A stretch of DNA of 64,000 bases from Tubulanus polymorphus (lineage: Eukaryota; Animalia; Nemertea). The position numbers were made by a program, and so were the translations under genes. Positions within the stretch are counted from its first letter, which is position 1. Every line of letters begins with the position of its first letter. Shown in pieces: positions 49,801-62,070 of the stretch. The stretch lies in assembly GCF_964204645.1 (NCBI RefSeq), contig NC_134025.1:19319101-19383100 (forward strand), written 5' to 3'. The notes under the pieces were generated by a model, which did not search any database, was not told where the DNA came from, and saw only the letters and a program-made list of their open reading frames with translations.

Positions 49801-52800
49801 ACTAGATAAACTTCAAAACTTTTCCTCCCAAGAGTATTTTTCATTGTCGCTGCATGTATGCCTCCCCAGCAAGCCCGATTCTTAGGGATTTCTTTCTACA
49901 AGGTAGTTGAAATTTTGAAGGCACTTTGATCAATTGCTTTGAGGTTTGGTATGTATCCCCTAGGGCCTAGCATCACAAGAAAAAGTGGGTCCATCGAAAA
50001 TAAGTTTACTTTTTGTTCGAAAAAGGTCATTTTAGATCTGAATTCTTATGCCTAAAGTTTCTACGTGTTTTGTAATTAGGGTTTTCTGTTTCTTCACAGA
50101 AAACCCTATTGAAATTCGCGTGATTATTATTATTTTTTTTTAACCCTTTTCCACACAGTTTTTGTTAAAAGTGTAAAGGCTTCCTTACCTTACCGCTGTC
50201 GCCGATACAATCCGTATGATATCCTTCAGCCCACTTCAATCTCCAGATACTGCATGGGAATTTTGATAAATCCACGTTGTAAAGGCACTGTCGAGCCGTA
50301 AACATCGGAAATTTGGCTCCGTTCAATTAGTAGCCATGTTGTGTTTTCTTTCCGAAATTTCTCTCTTCTTTATGAGGAAGAGCTATCGAATTATTCCCTC
50401 TCTTCTCCACAAACATTTCAAAGTCAATTTTATGAATTTATTGCTCAGCGGGTCCGAGTCCAAGAGTTTACGAGTCCGGCGTTCGCGTGTCTGACAGGTT
50501 TACGGGCATTTGTTGGTTACCTCTTTAATATTTTTGATTGGTTGTTATTCGGGTTATTTCATTTAAGTATATTGCTGATCAGTTCATGTAACCAAAAGCG
50601 TCAATAAACAGATTTTGAATTGATCAAGTTTAAATCAAGGTCGTTGAGTCGCGGAGGGCTATTAGAATTACGTTCGTCTCAGAGAGAGAACAAACAACAG
50701 AAAAGTATCAGGTGATTATCAATAGGCTAGGCTATTTGTAAATCAAAATTTTTCTAACCTGCAGTTACGTTCTGTGGCACAGTGGGTAAATCACTGGACT
50801 ACAACTGGATTTTTTTTTTTTTGTTTGGTTTCAAATCCCAATATTGCATGTCTGAGCGTCAACGTACTCACATATGGCTAACCTGTAGTAATCGCCGTAC
50901 AGTCACATACAGGTAACAACAGCGTTTTAAGTATTAAGTGAGTGCGACAAGCCTACCATGCCTATGTGCTACAAACACAACTTTTTCCCCTCTCGTCGGC
51001 CCTACAGTGATGTTACTAATAACTGGTGCCATTATAACATGGATAGGATTTGGTCAAGACTAGCCTAAAGTCTAATTCAGTCTATGTACTAATTCACTCG
51101 ATAGGCCTATTTTTAGCCCACTTGGGACTTTAGTCCCAGCGGGCTATTGCGTTCACTTTTCGTCCGTCGTCCGTCCTGGACGGAATACAGTTATTTTGGG
51201 AAGTTTTGAAGACGCTTCAATGTAATGTCTTGATATTTGGGTTACACATGTATCTACCCTAGACACATCTTCAGCCCAAAAACTGGCCCTGTCAGAATCA
51301 AGATGGCCGACTGGCAGCCATTGTTGTTCGCCAAAATCAACACTTTTTACACATTTTTGAACTTTTTGAGGGAAATTTTGAAGACGCTTTTATCAATTAC
51401 CTTGATCTTTTGGATATATGTGAATCCCCCCAGGGCCCATCAGCATAACAAAAATTGGGTCGATCGGACTCAAGATGACCGTCCTATGACCTTTTTAGTG
51501 CCCAAAAATGTCAATTTTGGCCCGAATTCGGAGTGCTGTAGCTCCCTACTGGTTCGCCATTTCTCATTGCAATTTGTGATGGGTATTCTTTGAAAAGGGA
51601 TGTGTTATACCTGAGACAGGTATTTTTTATCAGCCAATTATGATGCAATTGGCGGCCATCTTGGTGTCATAAGCACTCATTCGTAGGTGGGAAAAGTTTT
51701 TCCACATTATATTGTTGATATTTCAGCATATTTTCTTACCACAATCAATTGGAAAGTTGTAGCTCATGACATGGTTTATAATTGTGGTGAGTTTGAAGGT
51801 CATTGGTTTTTATATATGGCCACCAGGGGGCGTTGAATAATACAATATCTTAGTATTTCTATATTATATTCGTATCAATGCATATTTTGTAACCACAATC
51901 AATTGCAAAGTTGTAGCTCATGACATGATCTATGATTGTGGCAATTTTTAAGGCCAATAGTTATTCTATATGGTCACCAGGGGGCGTTGAATAGTAGAAT
52001 AACTTAGTATTTCCTTATTATATTGGTACCTAGGCATATTTTGTTACCATGATCATTTACAAAGTTATAGTTCGTGACATGTTCTATAATTGTGGTGAGT
52101 TTCAAGGTCAGTGGGTTTTGAATATGGTCACCAGGGGGCGTTGAATATTGAAATTGTTAGATTGTTGAACATTCGGAACCACTTCCCAAGTGGGCATGGT
52201 GTCCCTGGACCCCTAGTTAAAACAATACAGTGAAGTATTCACACGCAGAAAGGCCAATTGATTTGAGCCATGTGATTAAATTTGGCCAGGCCTTCTCTGA
52301 CCTGCTGACATTAATAGTCAAACCTAGATCCAAAACGTTCATATGGTCACGGCTTGTATACCAGAAATCATTGTAGGCCTGTACATTTTGCTGTTCGTAG
52401 GTTTGGTTTACCAATTTCTCCATTCTTGACTGATAAGTGTACGGTACAGCTGTATGCATTATACAATTGTTCCAATGGGAATAGGGCCTATTGATTGGGC
52501 TTATTATTTCCTGCTTTAGAATACTGAAATAAGCCTAACGTTCATTCAAATATCCAACATCGGTGAAATTTTGATTACTGTATACATGTACTGTAGGTTT
52601 TTCATGTTGTATGAATATTTTGCAGTTCAAATGAGTATGATGCTGATTCCAATGTCAAACGCATGAAGTTAGATGGACAGTCAACACCAAGATATCTCTC
52701 TTCGACCGATGTTGCACCATAGAAGATCTGATTCTTTCAACTCAAGCAAAGTGATTCAACACGATCGACATAACACTGGAATAGGTTTGCAGTAACTAAA

Positions 52801-55800
52801 CGGTTCATTTCATTTAGTCCTATTTACTTTTTTAGCCAATTTGAATATTATTGTAATTGAAACTCTGGAACTGTTAACAAAAGACAAGTTAAAAAAACAC
52901 AAGTTATGCCTGATTCTCATGTTCAAATTTAATTCAAATTCTAATTTATTTTATTACATCATATTTACAAAGCATATCATTGGTTCATACAGTAATAAAA
53001 ATTAGGAAAGAACAAATATTATTACAGAATTTTAAAAAAGGCAATGAATTTCTATAACTAAATGAACATTATTTTTCTAATAACTCAGAACAAGAGTGAC
53101 TCTCCCGTTTATTAGGAAACACACGCAACTAGTGGAATAGGTTTGATTTACACACATGTTGCAGGTATCAATTGTTTATCACTATAGAATTTGTAATCCA
53201 TAAAAGCCAAAATCAACATCAGCCGGAAACCCAGACCAGATCAATTCATAATTTATTGATTGAATCTACACTACAATATATGTACATGTATTTATTCAAA
53301 TATTTCAATACAAACATTAACTTCTTCAATCTATTCTAAATCATAATACGTTCTTATCTGTAAATTCACTCAATCTATCGACTCAGCAGGTGCGAGATGA
53401 GTTCTTAATAGGACAGATCCATTTTTAAGCATGGTGATGATACAGTATCATGATGTTTGAATGCCAAAATAAATGCCTGGTCAAATAGATTAATATTTGT
53501 TGATTGTACATCCGCGTATGTTCGGTTTCAAAGCTGAATCATATTGACGTTTACACAGTGGTAGCATATTAGGTTCGAATCTGTCAATGCATTTTATTCT
53601 ATGTATCGATATTTCAATTTACTACACCGATCTTTCTGAATGGCTTTGCAGAAAACCCGTCATCGCTGCTTGGCAGCTATATTTATTACATTTAAGTTTG
53701 ACAGGTTTTTGGATCAGTCGATTTTGGATTGCACCCAGCATCCATCTCAGTTTCATCATCTCTCATGCATATCTGGAGAATTGTTTTATGAGGAAAATAT
53801 CAACATGTTTTGACTTAAAGTCTTGATGTATTTGATAATCTGTGGCTAAAAAATCAGCTGATTGGCAAAAATGTACAGTATGTGATGTGATATGGTAGCA
53901 CCTTTTGAAGAAAACTGAAAAATTTACTTTTTCAGCCGCAATCTATTTTCAGGGTTAACTTCTGTCTTCATAGTTAGTGGTTGAACTTATAATCAAGGGC
54001 ATTAATGTGCAATCTGGTTTATTTTGCTTGTCCACCATATTAGACAAGGTTTGAACCAAAGTGATAGTACTAGTTTGCTTTACGTATTTGCACTTAAGTC
54101 TGGACTAGTTGACATTTGGTTTTACTTGGTCCGTTAATATAGGTACTCAATAAATCATGATTACTGAAATTCACCCAGTTTGAGTATCACTAGAAGGGTT
54201 AACTCCTAAAATAAATTTTGTCAAGGTCAAATTTTAAAACAGAAATGTGGAACTGGATCTAAGGACTCTCTAAAATTTAAACAAAATTCAACCTATTTTG
54301 GTTTGTTTGATTAGGCTACCATGTGGTTTATTCTATCATATGAAATACAATGCCTATTCATTTGCAGAATACGTTACCAAAATGTCGAGTTAGTGGAGGA
54401 GTTTCGAATGTATCATTCTCATTCCGTGGCATGGATGCTGTTCGTGAAGCTATGCATAGTGTATTCCTTTACCACGCTATCCGGGTAAGAATAAAGCTGT
54501 CATTGACTAGATCTTTGAGCCCTATCAGCAGTTATGATACTCGGTGTTATCACTGGGAATTATATGTGCTAATACAAAATGTACTGTACATAGATGAATA
54601 TGTCCTACAACTGGTAATGTAATCATGACGCTCTAGCCTTTAGAGCACTCAGTGACCTCTGACTCCTCTTGAATGGATTGGGCTGGGCACGAAGGTTAAA
54701 TCTGGGCTTAGTTTAATCATTAATCTCCTAGCAAATCATTACATTTATGTTATTGCAAGAAACCATTATTGTAGGAAATGAAACTTTCATGTAGGCCTAC
54801 TTAGGAAACAGCCTTGTAAGCTGGTCAGGATAGGACCTATGTACAAATGAAATCTATATCTTTTCAAATACTACTGAAGTAAAGAATGTAAATGTCAATA
54901 ACCTGCTTTTTGTTATGAATCAATTGGTATTTGATAGGCTGGTATGGATATGGGTATCGTAAATGCAGGCTGTTTACCCGTATATGATGACATTGAACCT
55001 AAACTGCTTGAGCTCTGTGAAGATGTTCTATGGAATAAACGACCTGAGGATGGAACAGAAAGATTATTGGAACATGCCCAAGTAATAAATTGAATCTATT
55101 TTTCGTTACAGATTTTCACTTTTAGTATAGTTGATATTCTCTCTAAGAGTTTATTATTTAAAAAAACTCCAAAATGATAAGATACCCTATGGAATGTCTA
55201 GTGAAATTACTGGCAACCATCAGCATTTGTCAGAGATGATGTAACAAATGCAAACCTGCTTATATTATACAATAACAGTGAACTTGTACTGAAATTGCCA
55301 ATTTAAAATTTGTATTTCTCTGTAATGTTATATAGTTAAATGGTTGTATTTTTAACCCTTTAACTATATTACAGTAAAATTCAAACTAGTAGCATACTTG
55401 ATATTAGTGAATATATCACATTTAGGAATAACTTATACACAATATTCTATTTATTCTTAAATTAAGGTTAGAATGCAGTCTAGCGGGTGTAAAATGTAGT
55501 TAATTAATGTTGTTTCTATTTTATATTGGATAATTTAAGATGTATCTACCGTATCTGATCTGTTAGCCAGTCTGGCTGCTAGGACCTACACTTACATGGT
55601 GGCACGCACCAGTAGCTGGTGCTTTTATACATGTATTCCATAGATTGTGGTGACATATATCATGAGTATAACCTACAACCTGGTTGAATTTCTGATCGGG
55701 TACATTTTATCGATTTTTAGAGTTTAGGTAAAGGGGCCAAAAAAGTTGAACAAGACTTGCATTGGAGAAATGAAAGTGTAGAAAGTCGATTAGAACATTC

Positions 55801-58800
55801 TCTTGTTAAGGTATGTTACATTGCATTGCATTGATTTTTCGTCGAACTGCCGATGCCGATTCACCCTTACCAAATTTTTTGTTCCTGATATACACAATTT
55901 ACAGTATTACAATTTTTGTACAAATAAAAGTCAGAAAAACATTAAAAAAATTTTGTCTGCTTTGCCAAAACGGTTACAGTTGGGATTAAAACCTAATATC
56001 TTTCTATTTGAAATTCTCAAGCATTTAGGGTATAAAGATAACAGAACTGAGCGCTCAGTTCTGTCCAAACCCAGAAGTGAAGTACCGTATTTTCCGGCCA
56101 ATAAGCCGAGGGCAGTTTTTTAGCCTAAAATACATGGATTTCATAAAGCTTCGCCCAATAAGCCGAGGCCCTTCATCAGAGATTTTAATTCACTGATTTG
56201 TCAATTAGTTCATCTTAATTGACGATTTAAGAGGCTGACAGTAGCGCCCGCCGATGTGTGAGAGTGCTGTGTATACTATCATCGCCGAGTGACTGTGCTA
56301 TATATAGACTCACTCAGCTGATTACTATACACACAGCCATACACGCAGTACGCGGCTCACTGCTGATTTGCATATATACTAATGTATGAACTGACACGTG
56401 GTAGTACGATGAACTCGCGCGTTATATAAATGTATACCATTGCCGCTGTGCGGTGATGGAACAATCAAAGTAAAAATAAAATAGTTCAAAATAGATTATA
56501 ATTGGTAGTAAATAATTACCTCAAATAAATATCGACCACTTTTCTTGATTTTGACGATCATTGAGAGCATTAGAGTGGCATAGATCGGGAAGTGATTTTT
56601 TATGTCAGATCGTATCCGCCCAATAAGCCGATCACGATATTTTGGGTAAAAATCTGAGGCTAGAAAATCGGCTTATTGGCCGGAAAATACGGTAACTGCT
56701 ATATTTCTTAAAATTTTGAGGAAAAAATCATGTTATGACATAAACTAACACTGTAACAAGTTATATGATGACAAAAATGGGCTGAAAAACTAAATTCTCT
56801 GCCAAACACCAATTCAAGCAGGTCAGGATAAATTCCATCAAATGGTCATGATTTTGGTGGCTCACCTCATCAAATCTTATATCAGATGAAAGGCGTGTTT
56901 ACTGTGAAAAAGTAATGCAGACCTTTAGTGCATGAAAATCAACTGGAAATGAGCTACTTAGTATAATAATGAGGATTTTCCTGTGAATTTTCTGGGGAGT
57001 AATAGACACTACAGGGTAAAATTCATTGTAAAGACATTGATTAAAATTGTTGAATCAAAAATTATCTGTGTTGATATTTCTAGGGAATTGACAAATTTGT
57101 CATAGACGACACTGCTGAAGCCCTTGGTAACAAAGAAAAGTATCCCAGGCCTTTGCATATCATAGAAGGCCCACTCATGAAGGTATTGTATGATGAAATA
57201 GAGAATGAAATTATTAGTCATCAGTAAAATTCTTTTACACCATCATGTATTTTTAGCCCACTTGTGGGGATTGCATTCACTTTCATCACAAGAAACATCT
57301 GGTCTTTCAAAAACAAGATGCCCATCTTGTGGCCTCTTTGATGGCACCTATGCACAAGTTGTAGACCATGACATGTTCTGAGTTACAACAGAATTGGTTG
57401 ATGATGGGGCATTGAATTTTGAAATTGTCAGATTGTCAAGCATTTCAATACCACTTTGCAAGTGGGCATGGCTTCACAATTCTATTAGTTAAAATAGCCA
57501 ATCTTTTATGGAATTTCAGTTTTGAATATGAATTCATTTTTCTACTTCAGGGTATGAGTGTTGTAGGTGATCTATTTGGTGCTGGAAAAATGTTCTTGCC
57601 GCAAGTTATTAAATCTGCGCGTGTTATGAAGAAAGCCGTTGGCTACTTGATCCCTTTCATGGAAAAAGAAAAAGAAGAAAGTCAAGCGAAACTTGGACTG
57701 AAGTCAACAGAGCCATCATATGCTGGTGTTGTAGTGCTAGCGACGGTGAAAGGTGATGTGCACGACATCGGCAAGAACATCGTTGGTGTTGTGTTGGGCT
57801 GTAATAACTATAAAGTGATTGATTTAGGAGTGATGACACCATGTGAAAAGATTCTACAAACTGCTATCGAAGAAAAAGCTGGTAGGCAAAGCTGGTTGAT
57901 AAAGCTGTTGTAAATCAAACTTTTACGGGGATAAACTTTATGGAGTTAAAAATTTGGAACATAAATACAAAATTCACTCATTTTATTGAAGCAGTGCACG
58001 ATACTTCTGTCAAGCGTATTACTTACTGCAAGTCATTTATTCAAGGCCCAGTATATTAATGCTCGTGTATTTCAGATATAATTGGTTTATCTGGATTAAT
58101 AACACCATCATTAGATGAAATGATATATGTAGCTAAAGAGATGCAAAGAATTGGTATGCAGTTACCATTGCTGATTGGGGGAGCTACTACTTCAAAGTAA
58201 GTAGATAATTCATTTCAGATGAGCAGACATAGTTTTCATATTGTGAGGAAAGGAAGCACGGTGCATGCATCAATTGCAACGTTGTCACCCATGATATGCA
58301 TATGATAGAATTGAGGTCTAACATCATTACCTGCTGTACATGTTGATGAGGGGAAATGAATATTGAATAAAAGTTTGTCAAATTTTCAAGCATTTCGGTA
58401 CCACTTCCCAATTTGGCTGGTGTTCATGGACCTGTGTTTCTATGATTTTCAAGTATTTCCCTCGAGTTTCCGTAAGTTATGTAAGCTGTATGACATAACC
58501 AGGACTAACATCATGTTTTGTTTTTTATTGCTTTTATTAGGACACATACTGCTGTTAAAATTGCTCCCCGGTATCAACAACCAGCTATCCATGTCTTAGA
58601 TGCATCAAAAAGTGTCGTAGTGGTGAGTATTCAAATAACATGACACAAACTGGTTTTAAGAGAAAATGATTTTCACTAAATTTTCTTTGAGATTAGTGGT
58701 GTATGGTAAAAAAAATTCACGGTATTCATTTGATAATTTGGATAGAGAGTAATAAAACTTAAGAATCTTGACCCAATTAGATTTTTAGCCTACTTGGGTG

Positions 58801-61404
58801 TTAACCTTTTAACAAGCATTCTAACTCATTTCCCTCTGAGCAGATGGCGCCACCAGACTGCCTACAATGTTTATAGCATTTTGTACCTAATTCAAGGTCA
58901 GAATATACTTTACTTGACTAACTTTGTCATGCAAATATATGGAAACCATGTGTCATGCGATGCAGATTTCTGGTGTTGGAAGGATAATTTAAGGACTGGT
59001 GTGGCAGAGTGGTTAAAGCCTTCGGCTCTAGGAAGCCAAGTCGTGGGCTCAAACCCCATACATAACCGTAGTATCCTCGGACAAGAAACTTAACTTTATT
59101 GACTCTCTCCACCCAGGAGTAAATGGGTACCTGGCCTGATAGATGACTCCTGAGCGCTTGTTAGCGCGCGGTCAGGGCCGGCGGAAGTTATAAACTATTG
59201 GTACGGACATCCCCAACCGTACCAAATAGGCAGAAGTGCGTAGCGCGCTCTGGTTCGTCACAATTAATAATTGCGCAGAAAATTTTGAAAAATTGACATG
59301 ATACGCATTGTGGGAGCATTTCAGAATGCATTTTAATAGTCAATTTTGTTTCGTTTCCATCAAGCCCCAATAGCGGTGTCCTGTACACCGAAAATTTTTT
59401 AGGTCAAAATTTGCCGGTTCTATAGCCACACATCAAGAGTATTAATTGTTATGGCCGCCATCGGCATTGTGGCGATTTGTTCGGAAGATACTTTAAGGTG
59501 GTTAAAATTAGAAGGTTGCTAAACTGGGTTTAGAAATCTATAGACGCAAAACCGGCTGTTTAATATCGTTATGAAACAATGTACAAGATTGGGATATGCA
59601 AACTTGAAGATATCGTAAACAAGATTATCTTCAGCTGTTCAATTTCCATGTAAGTTGTCGCGCAAAAATAGCATGACCACTGCGTGGCTTTTTACTAGAC
59701 TGGTACCCGGTATATTTGTTAGACGGATCCCGGTGTACTACATCGTGACGCAGCAGGGTCGATGATGTCATCAACGACGACGACAGCACTGGTCCCAACC
59801 TATGTTTACACAGAAAACAAAAACAACATAGATAGAACTGTGGTCGTCAGCGTGACAGGAATTTTATTACACAAATTTTGAAACATCATTGACAAAATTA
59901 TTGGTCCGGCCATGGTCGTACCGGTTCCACCGACCCTGGCGGTGTTACTTCTCCCCAGTGTTTTAAGATTCTGATGATTACTTTTCTTGGATGAGTGATG
60001 ATAGTGACGATGACAGCTGGCTCAATTATCTCGATAACCAAGCAGTCTCTTACCAGGGGGTCAAAATTAATTCTAATTCAATGCACAACACCAGTTAGTT
60101 TAATGCCTTTCAATACTAAAACTGATTATCATCAGTCATTCTATGTAGTGTGTTAGTGACGTCATCTATTGAAAATCGGCTGAACACGCATGTATAAGCA
60201 TATTTTCTGCAAAATACCCCTTTGCACTGGTGATAGCTACAGATTGTATCACTCTAAGAAGAAATGCTGCTGATTTTGCATGAAAAAGCAAAACAAAATA
60301 AAACAAATTTGATGAAAATATCTCTTCTAAATTTAGTTTTATGAATCTGTGAAAAACACGGAAGTCCTGACTAAACGCAGTATTTCCTGAATAAATAGGC
60401 ATGGCATTGAAAGTTAAGAAAGTGTATGCTATTATGGGGTTATCCCTCATATCTATTGAGTTACTATGTTTTCCCCTTGCATGGTCAAAAATAAGTCACA
60501 GCCACAATCAATTGCAAAATTGTAGCTCATGACATGTGTTATGGTTGTGGTGAGTTTCAAGGTCAAGTTCATTGGTTTTAGTATATGTTCACCAAGGAGC
60601 GTTGAATATTGAAATTGTCAGATTGTTGAGCATTTCAAACCACCTTCCAAGTGGCCATGGTGTCCCTGGACTCCTAGTTATGTTACCTTATTCATGCATA
60701 TAATATTTGCACAATGATGCTATTTTGTAGTGTTCTCAACTTTTGGACGATGGTCAGAAATACGATTATGTGGAAGATATCAATGAGGAATATGAAGATA
60801 TTCGAGCTGACCATTACGATTCGCTAAAAGTATGATGAATTTATTTAATTTTGACTAACGTGGCATCCTCTCCTTGGGTTTTGACTTAAGCAGCATCTTA
60901 TCCTTGGGGCTACCTATCTACTTAATATTGTGGTTGTCATATGTTTTGGAGATGATTTGATGATGAGCACCATAATCCCAAAGGCCATAATGACCTGTGA
61001 TAAACTTCTATAAACTTGCAATAAACTATTAGAACAAACACCTCGGGTCTTTTGGAGAAAATTAGAAGAAACCACATTTATTCCTATCTTGCAGGATCGA
61101 AAGTATTTGACAATTGAAGAAGCCAGAAACAAAGGTTTAAAAATTGACTGGGCAAATTCACCTAAACCTGGTAAAGTAAAGGTTCTTTTTGCTTGATAAT
61201 CCCTATATGGTGTGCAGTTGTAAAGGCTAATGTCTGGTTTATTTGCAGTGTGCCCTCAGTTTTTGGGTATGAAATTCTTTGAGGATTATGATCTGAACAA
61301 ATTGATTGATTATATTGATTGGAAACCATTCTTCGATGTTTGGCAACTACGAGGAAAATACCCGAATAGAGGTTATCCTAAAATATTCAATGACAAAACA
61401 GTTG
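34891..61404 (+). CDS. MTR: Cobalamin-dependent methionine synthase, 25 exons seen, 3' end beyond window
   Basis: Exons 34891-34951, 38717-38916, 40429-40518, 40608-40770, 41222-41328, 41624-41683, 41765-41859, 42878-42978, 44879-44940, 45876-45943, 46034-46113, 46694-46806, 47081-47221, 48253-48438, 49053-49232, 54368-54484, 54938-55081, 55721-55810, 57084-57182, 57551-57881, 58076-58196, 58541-58622, 60731-60829, 61095-61170, 61249-61404. All are GT-AG with consistent phases (3022 nt). Motifs: [16 protein letters not shown] and GGCCGT (Zn ligands), [26 protein letters not shown] (pterin domain), GDVHDIGKN (cobalamin DxHxxG), YIDWKPFF (activation domain start). Confidence 0.97.
35190..36221. 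repeat. Internally deleted/replaced copy of the 32396-34016 element in MTR intron 1
   Basis: 35190-35352 matches 32421-32583 and 35617-36221 matches 33419-34016 at high identity. Confidence 0.8.
39092..39610. mobile_element. pogo/Tigger-like MITE
   Basis: CAGTA.AA.CTC.CT.TAGTGAACAC TIRs, TA TSD, subterminal TAGTGAAC repeats. Confidence 0.78.
40911..41155. mobile_element. Short hAT-like MITE
   Basis: TIR CAGG(G/A)T(T/C)CGATCTAA; flanks CTACC / CTTCC. Confidence 0.6.
43484..44326 (+). mobile_element. hAT6-like deletion derivative with transposase N-terminal remnant
   Basis: 12-bp TIR CAGAGATGCTAG; TSD TTAACC; remnant NKFNWQWL...[23 protein letters not shown] resembles the BED-like finger at 9201-9452. 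Confidence 0.82.
44331..44823. mobile_element. piggyBac-type MITE
   Basis: TTAA|CCCATTAGCACT ... AGTGCTAATAGG|TTAA; interior related to 29550-29760 and 55980-56890. Confidence 0.6.
49262..49443. mobile_element. Short degenerate hAT-like MITE
   Basis: C(A)GGGG.C.GA.CCAG-type TIRs; AATAC on both flanks. Confidence 0.45.
51115..52216 (+). mobile_element. HINE family 1 copy
   Basis: TT|AGCCCACTTGGGACTTTAGTCCCAGCGGGCT ... GGGCATGGTGTCCCTGGACCCCTAG|TT. Confidence 0.82.
52925..53830 (-). repeat. Probable old, degraded LINE 3' fragment
   Basis: AATAAA + (TTTGAA)-like tail on the minus strand at 52925-52955, followed by disrupted coding-like sequence; no intact ORF. Confidence 0.3.
56085..56692. 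mobile_element. Tc1/mariner-type MITE (family B)
   Basis: 25-bp perfect TIR CCGTATTTTCCGGCCAATAAGCCGA; TA TSD. Confidence 0.88.
58996..59172 (+). mobile_element. tRNA-derived SINE with Deu/Nin-type central domain
   Basis: A box TGGCAGAGTGG, degenerate B box GGCTCAAACCC, then CTCTCTCCACCCAGGAGTAAATGGGTACCTG. Confidence 0.65.
59173..59938. mobile_element. hAT-like MITE with 5-bp TSD inserted in the SINE
   Basis: TIR CAGGG(C/T)CGG(C/T)GGAA; TSD GCGGT. Confidence 0.75.
60495..60677 (+). repeat. HINE family 1 3' fragment (similar remnants near 23928-24230, 27860-28200, 45620-45807, 49590-50040, 57254-57490)
   Basis: Recognisable unit and 3' end CCAAGTGGCCATGGTGTCCCTGGACTCCTAG. Confidence 0.65.
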
Positions 61405-61524
61405 GTAAGTGATTATCATGAGAGTAATCTGTACTAACTGATTGTGTGTGTTAAATTGCCATTTTTTAGGTTTTCCCGCTCTACAGTTTCAGACCAATTT
61501 GCTTGTCACCTGATCTGTGATTTT

Positions 61525-62070
61525 ATGATGGAAGGAGGATGTGCCTTATTGTTTTTGACATATATGGGTCATCCAAGATGGCCACCACAGTCATTTTGGT
61601 GTGTGAAATAACCACCCGCTCTACAGTGTACAGTTTTGCACTGATTTTCTTAGTACTTGGTATGTGGATTAGAGACATGAGGAGGATGAACCCTACTGTA
61701 CCTGAACCTGATGTATGTGGGTCATTCAAGATGGCCGCCACAGTTTGATCGGTGTCGATCGGTAGCCAATTTGGAGCTTGTTACCACTGTACAAGTGTAG
61801 AGTTTTAAACCAATTTATTCTTCATACCTGGTCGGGGGTTTTGTGATGGAAGGAGGATGAGCCCTATTATTTTTTACATATAGGCCCTATAGGTCACCCA
61901 AGATGGCACAACCAAATTTCTGTGTGAAATGGGCATTACGGACCTTGTTCTTGCCCTACAGCCGATATAGATTTTTACTGATTTTCATATGACGTATGTG
62001 TATTTAAGGCAGGAGAATAAACCCTAATGTTTTTGATGTTTATGTTTTATACAAGATGGCTGCCACAGTC
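61525..62070 (+). repeat. Degenerate ~160-bp tandem array (4 units)
   Basis: Recurring GGAGGATG..CCCTA...CAAGATGGC at ~61527, 61676, 61845, 62008. Confidence 0.6.

Noticed and set aside
34891-61404. Horizontally acquired bacterial metH or a cobalamin riboswitch
   Set aside because: 24 spliceosomal introns and an animal-type N-terminus; no B12-box or riboswitch structure recognised upstream
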